A stretch of 64,000 nt of DNA from Phallusia mammillata. Its lineage: Eukaryota. Under the pieces are notes generated by a model. It saw only the letters and a list, made by a program, of their open reading frames with translations, ran no database searches and was not told where the DNA came from. Position numbers and translations under genes: made by a program. The stretch spans positions 2,170,001-2,234,000 of the forward strand of contig OZ281494.1 of assembly GCA_965637545.1 (NCBI GenBank), given 5' to 3'. Shown piece after piece: positions 49,521-63,539 of the stretch. Each line of letters starts with the position of its first letter. Positions within the stretch are counted from its first letter, which is position 1.

Positions 49521-50335
49521 CAGGTACTAATACTGTAACTGTAACCTTAAATGATCCGGTTCTGGTGACAAGTGTTGAGTTTTCTTTGTCAACGTGATCA
49601 ACGCGAATAAGCTGCTGTTGGGAAGAAAGGACGACCTGGTTCTGACTTCTTCAAAATTTCAGTATTTCATGACAAAAATTTAACTTCCTGCGACCACGCG
49701 GCGATGTCGATTTTGTTCTTGAGGAACCATTTACTTTACATAATTTTTACGTCGATACGTTATCACCTTGCAGACTTCGAGAACTATATTTTTTTCGGTA
49801 ATTCAAATTAGATTTTAGATTACATTTAAAATTAGAGCTTCTCATTTTTTACAAATTAGATTAAAATTAGAATTACCACTTTCTCATCAACTAGAAATTA
49901 AACTAGAATTCAAACTAGAATTAGATTTAAGCCAACCACCTTTCATTTGTTTCAAGTTTGAAGATTTGCATGTTTCACACTGATTTAAACGCGTTCAAAC
50001 GGAGCTGATGCGCCGTCATGACAAGTGGTTCTCAAGCAACATCAATTCGAAAATAGTTCGTTATTTTGACTCAAAAGTTTCGTAATTCTCGATTTTTTTA
50101 CGTCGGCGGACAGTTGCAATTGTACTCGCCCTTTGCGATTTACGCAGCTACCTCAGTTAACGCATTCCTGTATGTTTATGGAAACTATTGGTTTTCATAT
50201 CTGATGATGTTAAGTGAGTAAACTTTTACGCATTATCCTCTTGCAATCTGCCATACAAACTGAATCACCATTTTTTTACCAGGTTATATTATGCCGCAAC
50301 AGCCATCGAGGTAGTGCTTATAATGTAGGGACTGT

Positions 50336-50580
50336 TCGAAGACTTCGTCGGGTATCGGGTGTACTTTCCAAGTCTTACCAGCGCCACCTTGTGTATATAT
50401 TTTAAAATAACGGATCTAGAAATTAGCTACCAATGTTAACGTCCGATTTTACACCGAAAGTGCTATAACTCGAGCTTTGACAATGGTGAAGAAATATCTG
50501 CACAAGGTTATTCTGGATATATTGTCTCTGGAGGAGGAAGTTAATACTAAAACAGGATCAGGACGCTAGAAATCTGGATC
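50336..50580 (+). pseudogene. Decayed class A pentraxin remnant inside the GPCR array
   Basis: Exon-3-like EDFVGYRVYFPSLTSATLC followed by exon-4-like NGEEISAQGYSGYIVSGGG..QDQD, with indels. Confidence 0.8.
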
Positions 50581-52023
50581 CAAAACACGGACATCAGTGG
50601 TATTCATGTTTAAGTCATACACTTCAGTACACAGAAGGTTAAGTATTTTTGCTGTGACTTCGTGCGAACCGCCTCACGTAACATATAAGTCAGTTTCCTT
50701 GTGAACGTGGTCAATCAACGCAAATAAACTCTTGATGCGGGGACAGGATACTTTGTACTGACTTCCTCGCAATTTCAGGGGATATTTTATGACAAAAAGT
50801 TTAACTTCTCGTGATCACGGAACGATAGAAGCGGACTAGTTACCAATATGCTGCAGTTATACCTTACACTGCACGTTTTCCATCCTCCGATTGCTTGGCA
50901 GCTGCAGTGAAGCTTCTTTTTCTTGGTGTATTTTTTTATTTTACTGGGCGTTAAAGAGTTAAGTTAAAGCAACAAATGAAACTAGTAGCAGGCGAGTTGC
51001 ATTAACAGTGAGTGCGGCACTTGAGTAGATGCGCCTCGCTAATGAAAACTTTTTGTTTTGATACGTCACAAGAGCTGTCAATCAATTCAAATGTGACGCA
51101 AGTATAGAAAGTTTTTGTGTTGTGATCAATGGGAGTAGAGAAAAGCATCAAGCAACAGCAACAAATGCAAAAAGTGCAAACACTAACGACTTAAGTTAAG
51201 GTAATTTGTTGTCGTCGCATTTTAGGAAGCAGTACAGCGATTACCGTAATTTACAGTAGAAACACATTTCCAGGATGGCTGTCCTGACACGTCCTTAATT
51301 GCTCACTGGTATTTAGCTGACAGTGTCGGTTATGTTGTTGTGAGCTAGAAATTGCTGCTTAAAATGAGTGGTTCAATAAGGAGCCTCTTTGTTCACAAAA
51401 ATATAATTATAACAAGGGTGTGAAGTCGTTAATACATCGAAATACATAGTTACTTGGACTAATATGTAAGAATGTTTAAAATTGGCAACTGTGAGTTTAT
51501 TTGTTATCGTTAAAATGAGTTATTTTGGCATTTGTTGGGCAAACATAAAATAGTACCTTAGTTTAAAGAGAAATAAGCAAAAGTCTGTATTCAATCTGTA
51601 AACGCTTCACCCCCAGAAGGATAGTTGAAATTCAGACATTATTTCGTATGCCATTCCTAATATAGATGTAGTGCTTGCAAACGTCATCATAATTCTATAA
51701 GTGTCATTGCGCTAAGTAGGTTGCAAAAATGCAGTTGTTTGATCGCTATTGTGAGTTTCCCTCCAATGAGTTATAGTTGTCAACCTCGCACATATATTGC
51801 CACACACGTCAAATTGACAAATGCTCGCTTAGTCTGGTATTCATTTTGTCGAGCCTCAGTATCATTAGGTTGCCATATGGATTCAAACCATATAGAACTA
51901 GGAAAAAACAAGTATAAAATATTTTTGGTAACGGATTTACCCAGATTTGCACATACATTGTCCTATTTAGAAAAGCGTTTTTGTATGTATACTAAATCTA
52001 TGTAACCATTTAGAAGAGTAAAA

Positions 52024-54621
52024 ATGGTTAGGTTTGTGCTGATGTTATCTGTAATAGTGTCAATCCACAATCTACAGTCAGAGGGACTCGAATTTGAGTG
52101 CAAGTCAAAACAGAACGAATTTGAGTGCAAGTCAAAACAATGCATCCCTTTATCTTCAAAGTGCAATGGGAAGTTCGACTGCGATGACACCAGCGACGAA
52201 ACCAACTGCACATGTAGTGGTGATAAAGTAATGTGCGGATGCATCTATGCCGATCAGATCTGTCCGACTACTGGGCAATGCATACCTAACACAACAGTGG
52301 CCGATGGTAAGCCGAACTGCATTGATCAAAGCGATGAACCATGTCAGACGTTGAGCCAACAATACAGCATATACTGCCAACATCGTTTATTTAACTGCAC
52401 CAGTAAAAAATCGATGGAGAGATTTCTGAAGTATCAAGGACACAATTCTGCGAACTGTGTTCAGCATCACAGCCCGTGTAAAGGGCACAAGGATAAAATG
52501 TGCACAGATGATTACTGGATTTGCAACATTCCAAAATGCCAAACACAGAATAAATCACCATCGAAACAGAATACACCGCCGGTTTACTATCAAGATCTTT
52601 ACAACAACATGAAGTTTGCTTTGTTTTCTTTTTGTCCTTTTATAACACCAGCTGATTACCACATCAACACATACCCGAGTTTCAAATGTCTTGGATACTG
52701 GTTAACATTTCCATGTAGCTTGCCTCAGATTAATCTCTATCGACCAAGACGCCCAGTGCGCTGACAAATCCGATCTGTGTTTCGTCAACCGAGAATTTCG
52801 ATGCTTCCTTTGCCTGGACAAGAGACTGGTTATCTCAAAGAATCAGGTGTGCGATGGTGTGATTGATTGCTACGACCTGTCAGATGAATGCTTGTGCGAG
52901 AATCAGACGGTGTGCAAAGCCGTGCTTGGCGATTCTCAGTCAACTTGTCCACCAGGTCATATGCACTGCTACAACCAAACAGATTGCCTTCCAATAGATT
53001 CTGTCATGTGCAACCAATCTGTGAACTGCTTGCACGCGCATAACATTAACTATTGCTACCCGCAAATTAACTTGACCTTATGCAGCAGAAGCCCTATATA
53101 TGGTGTAGCATGCGATGGAAGACCTGAATGTTCCGATGTCAGTGATGAGTGTTCTAACTGCCCAAATCCACCAGCGTTTTGCTATGACAGCCAATTTATG
53201 TCAGATGCCACAAGTATTGGATGTGTGATGGAATAAAGCGTGGCAGTTCCTACAACGAATCACTTTGTCCCAAACGCTATATTTGTAACAGTGGCACTTT
53301 TACAAGCATTGACGTCAGGAAAGTTTGCGATGGAAACTACGACTGTGACGATAAATCGGATGAGGCAAAGGATCGTTGTAAGAACAAGAGATTTTATTGT
53401 CTAAGTGGTAATCCACTCTCAGTGCCCATTGCAGAAAAGGAAGACGGAATCAAAGACTGCTCGGACGGCAGTGACGAATGTCCACCAGTGAGCTCACGTA
53501 ACACTGTTTTCTCCAATCAGAAGGAAATGATCGCCAACCCGATTTTGAATGCGTTGATATGGATAATGGGTATCGTTGCATTGATTGGGAATTTCATAGT
53601 TGCTGCAACCACTGTTAAAAAGACATATCTAAACTGGAATACCAACAATCGTGTAAATACATGCACTCAAATATTCATTGTTAACCTATCAGTTTCCGAC
53701 ATGTTAATGGGAATCTATTTACTTGCTGTTGCAGTCAAAAGTGCTCAGTATTCAGGAAGGTATTGTTATTTTGATTCTGAATGGCGATCGAGCACACAAT
53801 GCTCGATCCTAGGCGCACTATGTGTCATTTCATCGCAGACTTCAGCTTTAACCATGGCACTGATATCTGCTTATAGACTTGTGTCTGTCTACAAACCATT
53901 TCTCACTATATCACTAGGGCCTAAGTGGATTGTTTTGGGGTGTTTCGTTACTTGGTGTGTTTCTTTGTTCATTGCCATCATTCCCACAATTGATTTTGCA
54001 TCCGGTTACTTTGTAACAACAATCTGGTTTCCCAATTTCGTTTACAAACGCGATTTTTTTTCTTTTGGGGCTGCAATGCTTTTGGCACAACGCATGTCAC
54101 CTACCAACAGCACCGTGTTATCATGGCACGACGCTAAACGAGTCATCGACATTAACATGTCTGGTCAATTAGTCAAAGAAGAGTTTGGTTACTACGCCAA
54201 AACAAGCGTGTGTTTGCCAAGACTATTTGCTTCGGAAAGTCATACAGCCTGGGGATACTCACTGTTTATAATCACAGTCGATTTTGTCTTTTTTATTTTC
54301 ATGGTAATCGCTTATGTCCTCATTTATCGACGCAGCAATCACATGGCTGAGGCAAGAAACAATGATATCTGCGCCAAAATGCAGAAGCGAATATTAAGAT
54401 TGCTTCTGACCGATTTCTGTTGCTGGATTCCGATTTGCATACTTGGTTATCTGTCGCTGGGTGGCGTACCGTTGTCTGATATCGTTTATGTGCTTGCAGC
54501 TGCGGTTTTGCTTCCGATCAACAGCGCCCTCAACCCGTTGCTTTATTCAACTGTGATTGACAACGCACTAGACAAATGTAAGAAATGTCGCGTGGCATCT
54601 GCTGAACTCATTATTATGTGA
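52024..54621 (+). pseudogene. LDLa-GPCR copy G2: intronless through an internal deletion, with two frameshifts
   Basis: The signal peptide is fused in frame to the third LDLa module. A +1 base near 52740 and a -1 base near 53210 are seen relative to G1, and the shifted frame stops at 52764. The 7TM region 53221-54621 is open. Confidence 0.88.
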
Positions 54622-56519
54622 CTCATCATGATTTCTTTGACAGTGTCGTATGTTTACCGATGCATTGAAAATACCCTTTCTGTTTGCACCCAACCAAACA
54701 AATCTCCCACTTCTGTATATTAGTTTCTGATGAATTTTTGCGCCTAAAACTGATGTTTTTGCAACTGTTCAATATATATTTAAATCATTCCCACCATACG
54801 TTAGCAAACATATTACATAACGTACTTTGGGGGTTTCTGCAAGACGGTTTTGCGTTAATTGAAACCAAATTTTTAAAACTGGGGCTGTACCACATACAAA
54901 GTATCCTAATACTGCTATTTGCCTTATTGCGTTTCGATCTGCGCTTTTCAAATTTCGAAATGTTGTAATTTATCACTGCACAATGGTACATGATAATATA
55001 ATTTAAGTATCTGCTCGCAGCTTCGGCTAATTAGGTCAACATATTTGATCCTTTGTTGTTAAATTGAAATAGGACGTCTTTGCTATGCCTCTACCTAAAT
55101 CGCTACATCAAAATTCCAGCAGCAAATATACCACTTGTGAAGGTAATTGGTGTCTTGTACTATATTTCTATGCATGTTGACTTAGCTGAATGATTGCTAG
55201 ATAAGGTTAAGGTGTGGTTCCCTTTGAAATGCGTCTGGTTGATGTGGGCGTTCATGATTTTAAGAAGTTTAAGAAACTGGCGATGGTTGGACGCCTAGTC
55301 GACAACCATGCTTTTGCCTGATGATTAGTCTCACCGGTTGATGTATCCATCCACACTCGCTGTACATGAAAAGGAGACGACAGAAAGAAAAAGAATTAAG
55401 TTTATTTCGTTTGGTGAACATAGAGACACAATAGCACTAAAACAATTACCAGGCCGAAAAATGATGCACGAGGTTAAAACGTTATGGAGCGCGAAACAGT
55501 AAAGGGCACAATTGGTGGATAACGGTTGAACGCTCTCCAGCTACACCATATTAAAAGCTGTTTTGTGACCGGGGCTCTCAAGAAAATGAGGTTGGCGAAT
55601 TGTTGGTAAACACGACTGGGAGGTAACGGTCGTGGCCCCAGTCGAGGGGTCTTATAAACTGTGTTAGGTAAAAAGAGGGTTCGACAGGAAAGGAAACCAC
55701 CACCGATAGAAACCTGTCAGATAGTTTTGAGCTCCGGAAGAAAGGACACACAAAATTGCTTACAGTTTAACATTACGCTTTGGATGGTGTTTCAAGTTAT
55801 TTGAGTAATGAAATCATTCACTTTGAATGACGTTGAATTTGATATAGGGTCAGGAATAAATAGATAACTAGAACACCAATATAAATTAAAATACACAAAT
55901 TAATAAACAAAAAATAATAATAACAAACAATGCAAGAAAAAAAACAAGGCATGTTACAGAGATTGAATGATTTGATTCTTCACAAAGCTTGGTTGAAGGA
56001 CGCTTTAATCATAAGAACGATAAAGACAAATAGCAGCAGTTGACCACTTCCACGATATTTACAATATTTACCTAGGAGCTCAAGACAATGTTACAAAACA
56101 ATATACGGTGTTGGAAAAATAAATGTGTGTCGTTAATATTTTAAGTAAAAATAAACACAGCAAACTTACACGTGAAAATGTTAGTGTTATAGTTAATACT
56201 AAAAAAACGTTGTGATTTGCATGTTATTTTGCGTGTGTCATTGCTCTTCGTGCGAAATACACTTTCGGACTTTAGTTATCGATGTAAACACACGACACCG
56301 TTGGGACACTTAATTCCAAACAACTTAAAATTATTTAAATCCCAGTGATTTGGCCTGAACCAATCGGTGTAAACAATTCCAGTAAGCGAACTATTTGTCA
56401 AATTCTATACTCCCCATAAACTGCAAATTACAATGCTTATGTGATGGGGAATTTTTGCAGCACAAATCAAACTTACGTTAATTTCGTAGGCGGTCGTTTA
56501 TTGTGCAAGCAATACACAT

Positions 56520-56670
56520 AACAAAACAGTCTTCAATGAAAGCCAATACCTTTGCGGTTGTTTTTCAAACGACAGTAATTGCACGTATGGTCTGGAATGT
56601 TATTAAAAGACTGCTTAAAAGGAACAGACGAAGTGCGTTGTATTTGCCCAGTAAATAAATTTCAAGATAA
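56520..56670 (+). pseudogene. Second copy of the decayed LDLa remnant
   Basis: Near-identical to 49370-49520 in the same flanking context. Confidence 0.72.
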
Positions 56671-58056
56671 ATTGCTAATACTGTAACTATAACCTTCAAT
56701 GATCCGGTTCTGGTAACAAGTGTTGAGTTTTCTTTGTCAACGTGATCAACGCGAATAAGCTGTTGTTGGGAAGAAAGGACGACCTGGTTTCTAAATTCCT
56801 CACAATTTCAAGAAATATTTCATAAGTTATAAAAAGTTTACATTCCTGTGCCACGAGGCGGTGTCGATTTTGTTCTTTAGAAGTCATTTACATGGCAGAG
56901 TTGGTTACCAATATTCTGCTGTTATACTTTACACTGCTGGTCGAAATTATTGCTTCACAAACTTATCAAACCCGACAAGCAAGTAAAAGTGTGATTGTAC
57001 TTTGTGATGTTATAAGGTTAACATTTTCCACCTGCTTTCCATCTGCTTGGCAACAGCAGTTAAGCTTCTTTTTCTAGATGCCATTTTATTTTGTACTGGG
57101 CTATAAAATAGTTACACTGTTAACTGTTAGTTGTGATAAACACAAAACGTTACTACATGAAAGAATGGTGCGTATGGCAGATTCTGATATAAAAATACAT
57201 ATTTTGTTTTTTTTACAGCACGTGCTCTGTTGATAAAACTAAAAGAACGTATTCTTGGTACATCACAAGAGCCTTCAATCAATTTGTATGCGTCGGAAGC
57301 ATAGAAAGTCTTGTGAACCACTGTGGTAAACCGATAAAGAATGGGAAAGCATCAATCAACAAAATGCAAATTAATTCAGATTAAAACTTACACAAAGTGC
57401 AACGTTGCTTTTCAATGAACGTGTTAGTTTAGTGCAGCGATTGACGTAAATGCAAAACGGGAGACACAGATCGGATGTGCTGACACTTCCGTATTTCGTC
57501 ACTCATATTTAGCTGACAGTGGTGATTATGTTGTTGTGTGGAAGATCCGAAATGCTGGTTTAGGAATGAGTTGTGTAAGTGGAAACGTACTTTGCAATAT
57601 TATTATCATGGCATGTAGTGGTTATTATTAAGAAATAAATAGTAACGTAGAATAAAAAGTAAAGCGAGTTTATTGGTTGTCATTAAAATGAGTTATGTTG
57701 TAGCTTAATTTGTTGGGACAACGTAAAATATAGGTTGACGAGAAATAGGAAAAACAGAAAAAACATTTAATTTCAAATTATCCGTAAAAGTTTTACCTAA
57801 GAGGGATTTAGTAGAAAGAAGACATTATTTCGCAAGCTTAGTGTGGAACTCGTTTTCTGTCGAGTCCTTATAGCATCAATAGGTGAGCATTTATCCATAC
57901 CCGTAACACAAAGAACCTACATTTAAGTTGATAAAAATATCAGAATTATAAAATATGTTTGGAAACGGATTGATCCAGGTTTGCACATACGTTTTACTAT
58001 TTAACAAAGTGTTTTTGTCTCTGTACTAGATCAAAACATATTTTAGCAGGTTAAAA

Positions 58057-61000
58057 ATGGTTAGGTTTGTGGTTCTGTCATCTCTTATAATGTTAATCAA
58101 CAGTCTACTGACAGACGGGCTCTTCACTTATGGTAAGCAAACCGTTTCTTTAAATTAGTAGTCCTAAGTCTTTGTCAGTGCCTTTGTAGAAACTTAGTTT
58201 GGGCTTTAATAGGTGTGAAAGCATTAAGTAAAACTTGTCATTGGTTAAATTCCTATTTAATGCTCAAAACTCAATATTGTTTTATTTAAAGACTAAAGCT
58301 AATTAATTACTGCTATATAATAACTAATTTATCATTAGTGTCACAGCGAAATTTAGGATACATTGCAAAAAAAAACGATAATGAATTATGAAAAAGTTTA
58401 AGCCTGTTCAAAGCACCTCAAAATGCTGATGTAAACAAAAACATCTTAACTGTTTTAATGCGTAACATTGCGTTTTACGTTCATTCATTCTCTGGAAGTG
58501 TAATTTTTGATCACGCTTATTGTAGTAATCGATATTTTTTACAGAACAATGTCGGTTTAAGCAGCAAAGTTGCAACGTTGGACAGTTCGTGTGTGGATGC
58601 CCAGCATCAAGGCCGGATAACAATTTAATAACATTTAGGGCTTCTCAATGTCTCCCTATCGAATTATGTACTATATACAACAAAACGGTCTGCACTGAGA
58701 CCCAATACCAATGCAGTTGTTTTCCAAGAGACAGTAAATGCACATATGGGTTGGGATGTTATGAAAAGACACAAATATGTGATGGCATCTACGACTGCAT
58801 AGATGGAACAGACGAAGAAAATTGTACTTGCCTATTTTATGAGTTTCAATGTGCATGTTATGAAAGTTCCTCATGTGTTGGTTTGCGTGGCTGTCTATCA
58901 ATTTTCAAGTTGTGTGATAGGATTAATGATTGTAAAGAAAACAGCGATGAAAACATCTGCCCTTGCTGGGAAGATCAATTTGAGTGCAATTCTAAACAGT
59001 GCATCCCTTTATCTTGGAAATGCAACGGAAAATCTGACTGCGATGACAGCAGCGACGAAACCAATTCCACATGTAGTGGTGATCAAGTAATGTGCGGATG
59101 CATCTATGAAAAACATATCTGTCCGACTACTGGGAAATGCATACCTGACACATCTGTGGCCGATGGTAAGGCGGACTGCATTGACCATAGCGATGAACCT
59201 TGTGACTATTTTTCTAAAACTTTACGGCTATTGTGTTATTACCATCTCATAAACTGCACCAACAAAAAATCCATGAGATTTTTGAAGTACCAAGCAAATA
59301 ATTCTGCAAATTGTATTCAGCATCACAGACCGTGTAAAGGGCACAAGGAAAAAATGTGTCCGGATGAATACTGGATTTGCAACAAGCCTCAATGCGAAGG
59401 AGAGAATACAACCCCATCGACACCTCCGGTTTACTATCAGGATCACAATAACAACATCAAATTTGCTTTGTTCGCTTTTTGTCCTTTTATAACTCCAGCT
59501 GATTACCACATACACGTATACCCGAGTTTCAAATGTCTTGGATATTGGTTAACATTTCCATGCAGCTTGCCTCAGATCAATCTTTACGACCATTCTCGAC
59601 AGTGCGCTGACAAATCCGATCTGTGTTTCGTCAACGGAGAATTCCGATGCTTCCTTTGCTTGGACAAGAGACTGGTTATCTCAAGGAAGCAGGTGTGCGA
59701 TGGCGTGATTGATTGCTACGACCTGTCAGATGAATGCTTGTGCGAGAATCAGACGGTGTGCAAAGCCGTCCTTGGCGATTCTCAATCAACTTGTCCACCA
59801 GGTCATATGCACTGCTACAACCAAACAGATTGCCTTCCAATAGATTTTGTGTTGTGCAATGGCTTTGTAAAATGCATGAACGCGAGTAACACCCAATATT
59901 GCTATCAACAAATTGACTTGATTTTATGCACCGAAAGGAATGCATATGGTGTAGCGTGCGATGGAAGACCTGAATGTCTAAATTCCACTGATGAGTGTCG
60001 TAACTGCCCAAATCCACAAGCGTTTTGCAACGACATCCAATTTATGGCAAATGCCATAGAACTTTGGGTGTGCGATGGAATACAGCCTGGATCCCATAAC
60101 GAATCACTTTGTCCCAAACGCTATATATGCAGCAGTGGCACTTTTATCAGCATTGACGTCAAGAAACTTTGCGATGGAAACTACGACTGTGACGATAAAT
60201 CGGATCAGTCAATGGTCTGTTGTAAGGACAAGCGGTTTTATTGTCTTGATGGGAATCCATTATCAGTCCCCATTTCTGACAAGGAAGACGGAATCAACGA
60301 CTGCTCGGACGGCAGTGACGAATGCCCACCTGTCAGCTCTCGTAACACTGTTTTCTCCAATCAGAAACAAATGATTGCCAACCCTATTTTGAACGCGTTT
60401 GTATGGATAATGGGTATCATTGCATTGATCGGGAATTTCATTGTAGCTGCAACCACTGGTAAAAAGACATATCTAAAGTGGAATACTGACAATTGTGTAA
60501 ACAAATGCACTTAAATATTCATTGTTAACCTGTCAGTTTCCGACATGTTAATGGGAATCTATTTACTTGCTGTTGCAGCTAACCTTGCCCAGTTTTCAGG
60601 AAGTTATTGTTACTTTGATTCTGAATGGCGTTCAAGCACACAATGCCCGATCCTAGGTGCACTGTGTGTCATTTTATCTCAATCTTCGGCTTTAACCATG
60701 ACATTGATATCTGCTTATAGACTTGTATCTGTCTACAAACTATTTCTCACTATATTACTGGGACCTAAATGGACTATTTTGGGGTGTTTTGTTACTTGGT
60801 GTGTTTCTTTGTTCATTGCCATTATTCCAACCCTTAATTTTTCCTCTGGTTAGTTTGTGACGACAATCTGGTTTCCTAATTTCGTTCACAAACGTGATTT
60901 TGTTTCTTTTGAAGCTGCAATGGTTTTGGCACAACGTATATCACCCAGCAACAGCACCGTGTTATCATGGCACGAGGCTAAACGAGTTACAGACATTAAC

Positions 61001-61465
61001 ATGTCAGGCCAATCAATCAAAGGAGAGTTTGGTTACTACGCCAAAACAAGCGTGTGTTTGCCAAGACTTTTTGCTTCAAGTGGCCATGCTGCTTGGGGAT
61101 ATTCACTGTTTATCATCACAGTCGATTTTGTCTTGTTTATTTTCATGGTAATCGCCTATGTTCTCATTTATCGACGCAGCAATCGCATGGCGGAGGCAAA
61201 GAGCAATGATACGAGCGCCAAAATGCAAAAGCGAATATCCAGATTGCTTCTAACCGATTTCTGTTGCTGGATTCTGATTTGCATCCTCAGTTCTTTATCG
61301 CTTAGTGGTGTAGTAATGTCAGACATCGTATATGTGCTTGCAGCTGCGGTTTTGCTTCCTATCAACAGCGCCCGCAACCCGTTGCTTTATTCAACTGTGA
61401 TTGACAACGCACTAGACAAATGTAAGAAATGTCGCGTGGCTTCTGCTGAATTCGTTATTATGTGA
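58057..61465 (+). pseudogene. LDLa-GPCR copy G3, full-length with two nonsense codons
   Basis: Exons 58057-58132 and 58545-61465 stay in one frame. TAA at 60512-60514 (CAA in G1) and TAG at 60851-60853 (TAC in G1). TM7 reads NSARNP instead of NSALNP. Confidence 0.9.
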
Positions 61466-63539
61466 CTCATCGTGAATTTCTTTAACAGTATCCTACTGGT
61501 GTCTAAAAAACACCGATATATTGAATATACCCTTTCTATTTTGCACTTAATCAACCTGTGTTCTATTTGTGTAAACGTTTTCCTTTTGCTTTAACGTGAT
61601 GCGCTTGTACCTGATGTTTGTGCTACGGTTTTGTACAGGTTTGATTTGTTCAAAATCAATACATATCTTGGATCATCAAAAAAAAGTTTACCAAAACTAT
61701 TTGATCCCAGATTGTTGAATACTAATAAAACGTGATTGTTTTCCATCAGTCAGACTCAACGCTTTTCAACGATCTGTTCGCGGTTCATGGGTCAAACGCC
61801 TGCCTCGCGGGTTCATGGGTCAAAACAAATTAGAAAAATGCGCCGCAACAATCTGTTGCCTGCTTAGTGGGGTTTTAAAATGTTAAGGAACATTCTAAAC
61901 TTGCCTTAAAATGTAATAAAAAATCTAAGATCTTAAGCAAACAATATGTGATTTTAAAAGATAACATTTTGTGACTGACAAGTTATTTTGGTGCAACGTT
62001 AAATGTTTGTATCACAAAAAAGAGTTTCAAGATTGTAACAAACTAGTGTCCCAAGATTTGTTACACCCTCAAAACCCCGCTGGGCCGGCAAAAATCGTTG
62101 CATCACGTTGCGCTTAATTGTGCTGGCGACAAGAAAACATGACCTGTTGTTGGCTCTCAAATTGGAACATAAACTAGATTTTGGCAGGTCCACTAGCAAA
62201 ATAGAAACATGGTAATAGTGTTAGTGTTGCAGCTGCATAATACATTTAATAGGAAGCCATTGACTTCAACAAACCACCTTAACCGCAACTGAGTAAACCC
62301 GCTTTCCCTCGCCGGTAGTTATTAATCATTACTGATCAGCTGTTGATGTTGAGACAGGATGTACGTGCAATAGCTGCTTTCTCTCATGTATCAAGCTAAG
62401 GTATAAATAGTTAAAATTCTTTGGGCATACATGACTTTGATGCTGTTTAAAACACTTAGCAAGCAGCGTCACTAAAAAGTGTGCTGTCACTTACCTTCCT
62501 ACTAATTCCCGGCGGCGGGCAAGTCCATATGCTAGTTTTTTTGCGCAGAAATTTATGTGATCTATGATACAATAAACGCATTTGATCTGGATTCAGGTCA
62601 CATTATTCATACTTTAATTTTGTGCCGTCGCTTCTAAACCTTGCAAAATTGAAAAATAACTTTGCAAATTACTTTTGTTGACGTTTTCACACAACACAAG
62701 CGTTTGCTGCCTTACCTCGGCATCTTTGCCACGAACATCAAGAACAATATTTTGTCTGGTACTCAGTTGTGCAGGAATGTAAAAAACAAACAAAAGAGTT
62801 CTTTGTGACACAACGTATCTGCCAACTGTTCAATAACAGAAAATAAAACCGTATTGGAAGGGTGAACTATTTTGATTACTTGTCGCTTGGTTGCTCTACT
62901 TTGGACTCTTATTAACAGCTTTCTTCTAATCGAGGCAGTTATTTGTGGAAACGCGATAAGAAGGCAGGATATTTGTGATGTCTCTTCCCAACTTTCTACC
63001 CGTATTTAGTGGGAAATTGCCGAATCTGTCATTCAGAGGTAAAACCGTGGTTGCTGTGATGTATAAAGAAAAATTCTGACCAAAAGCTTTAAACCTGTCT
63101 GCTAAACTAACAGTAGAGGAATATAATTGTGATTGTAAATGCGGTATTCAATCAGGAAAAGCCCATCTTCAAGACTAATATACTTTTTACGTGATCTAGA
63201 CAAAACTAGTGTTTTCTGAAAGAGCACACAAGACAGTTGGAAGTATAAGTAACTTGCGAACATACAGGAGCACTGATAAACCCGAGAAAAGATTAAACGC
63301 AAATTACGGGATTTTATCAGAGTTTTTCGACAAAAATCATTTCGTTGGCAATAATTGATCAATTAAACAACTTTACCTGCTATGTGTTGCAAATTGGTTA
63401 GAGTATTCTCCACAAGCTTGATTGATTTGACGGCAATAACATTTGGTCAGCGACTTCCTCCCGCTCGTGCCAAGCATTAGATGGTTTAGTATATTGTTGT
63501 GGCTCACAATCGGGACAGTTTGTAAAGTTTGTAAAGCGA

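Noticed and set aside
52024-54621. G2 as a processed retrocopy because it lacks intron 1
   Set aside because: The deletion also removes about 440 nt of exon 2, and both genomic flanks are duplicated with it, so this is a DNA-level event.
44672-61377. Numerous 60-110 aa antisense or alternate-frame ORFs overlapping the GPCR genes, some recurring in each copy
   Set aside because: They are shadows of the duplicated coding sequence. Their recurrence reflects paralogy, not independent genes.
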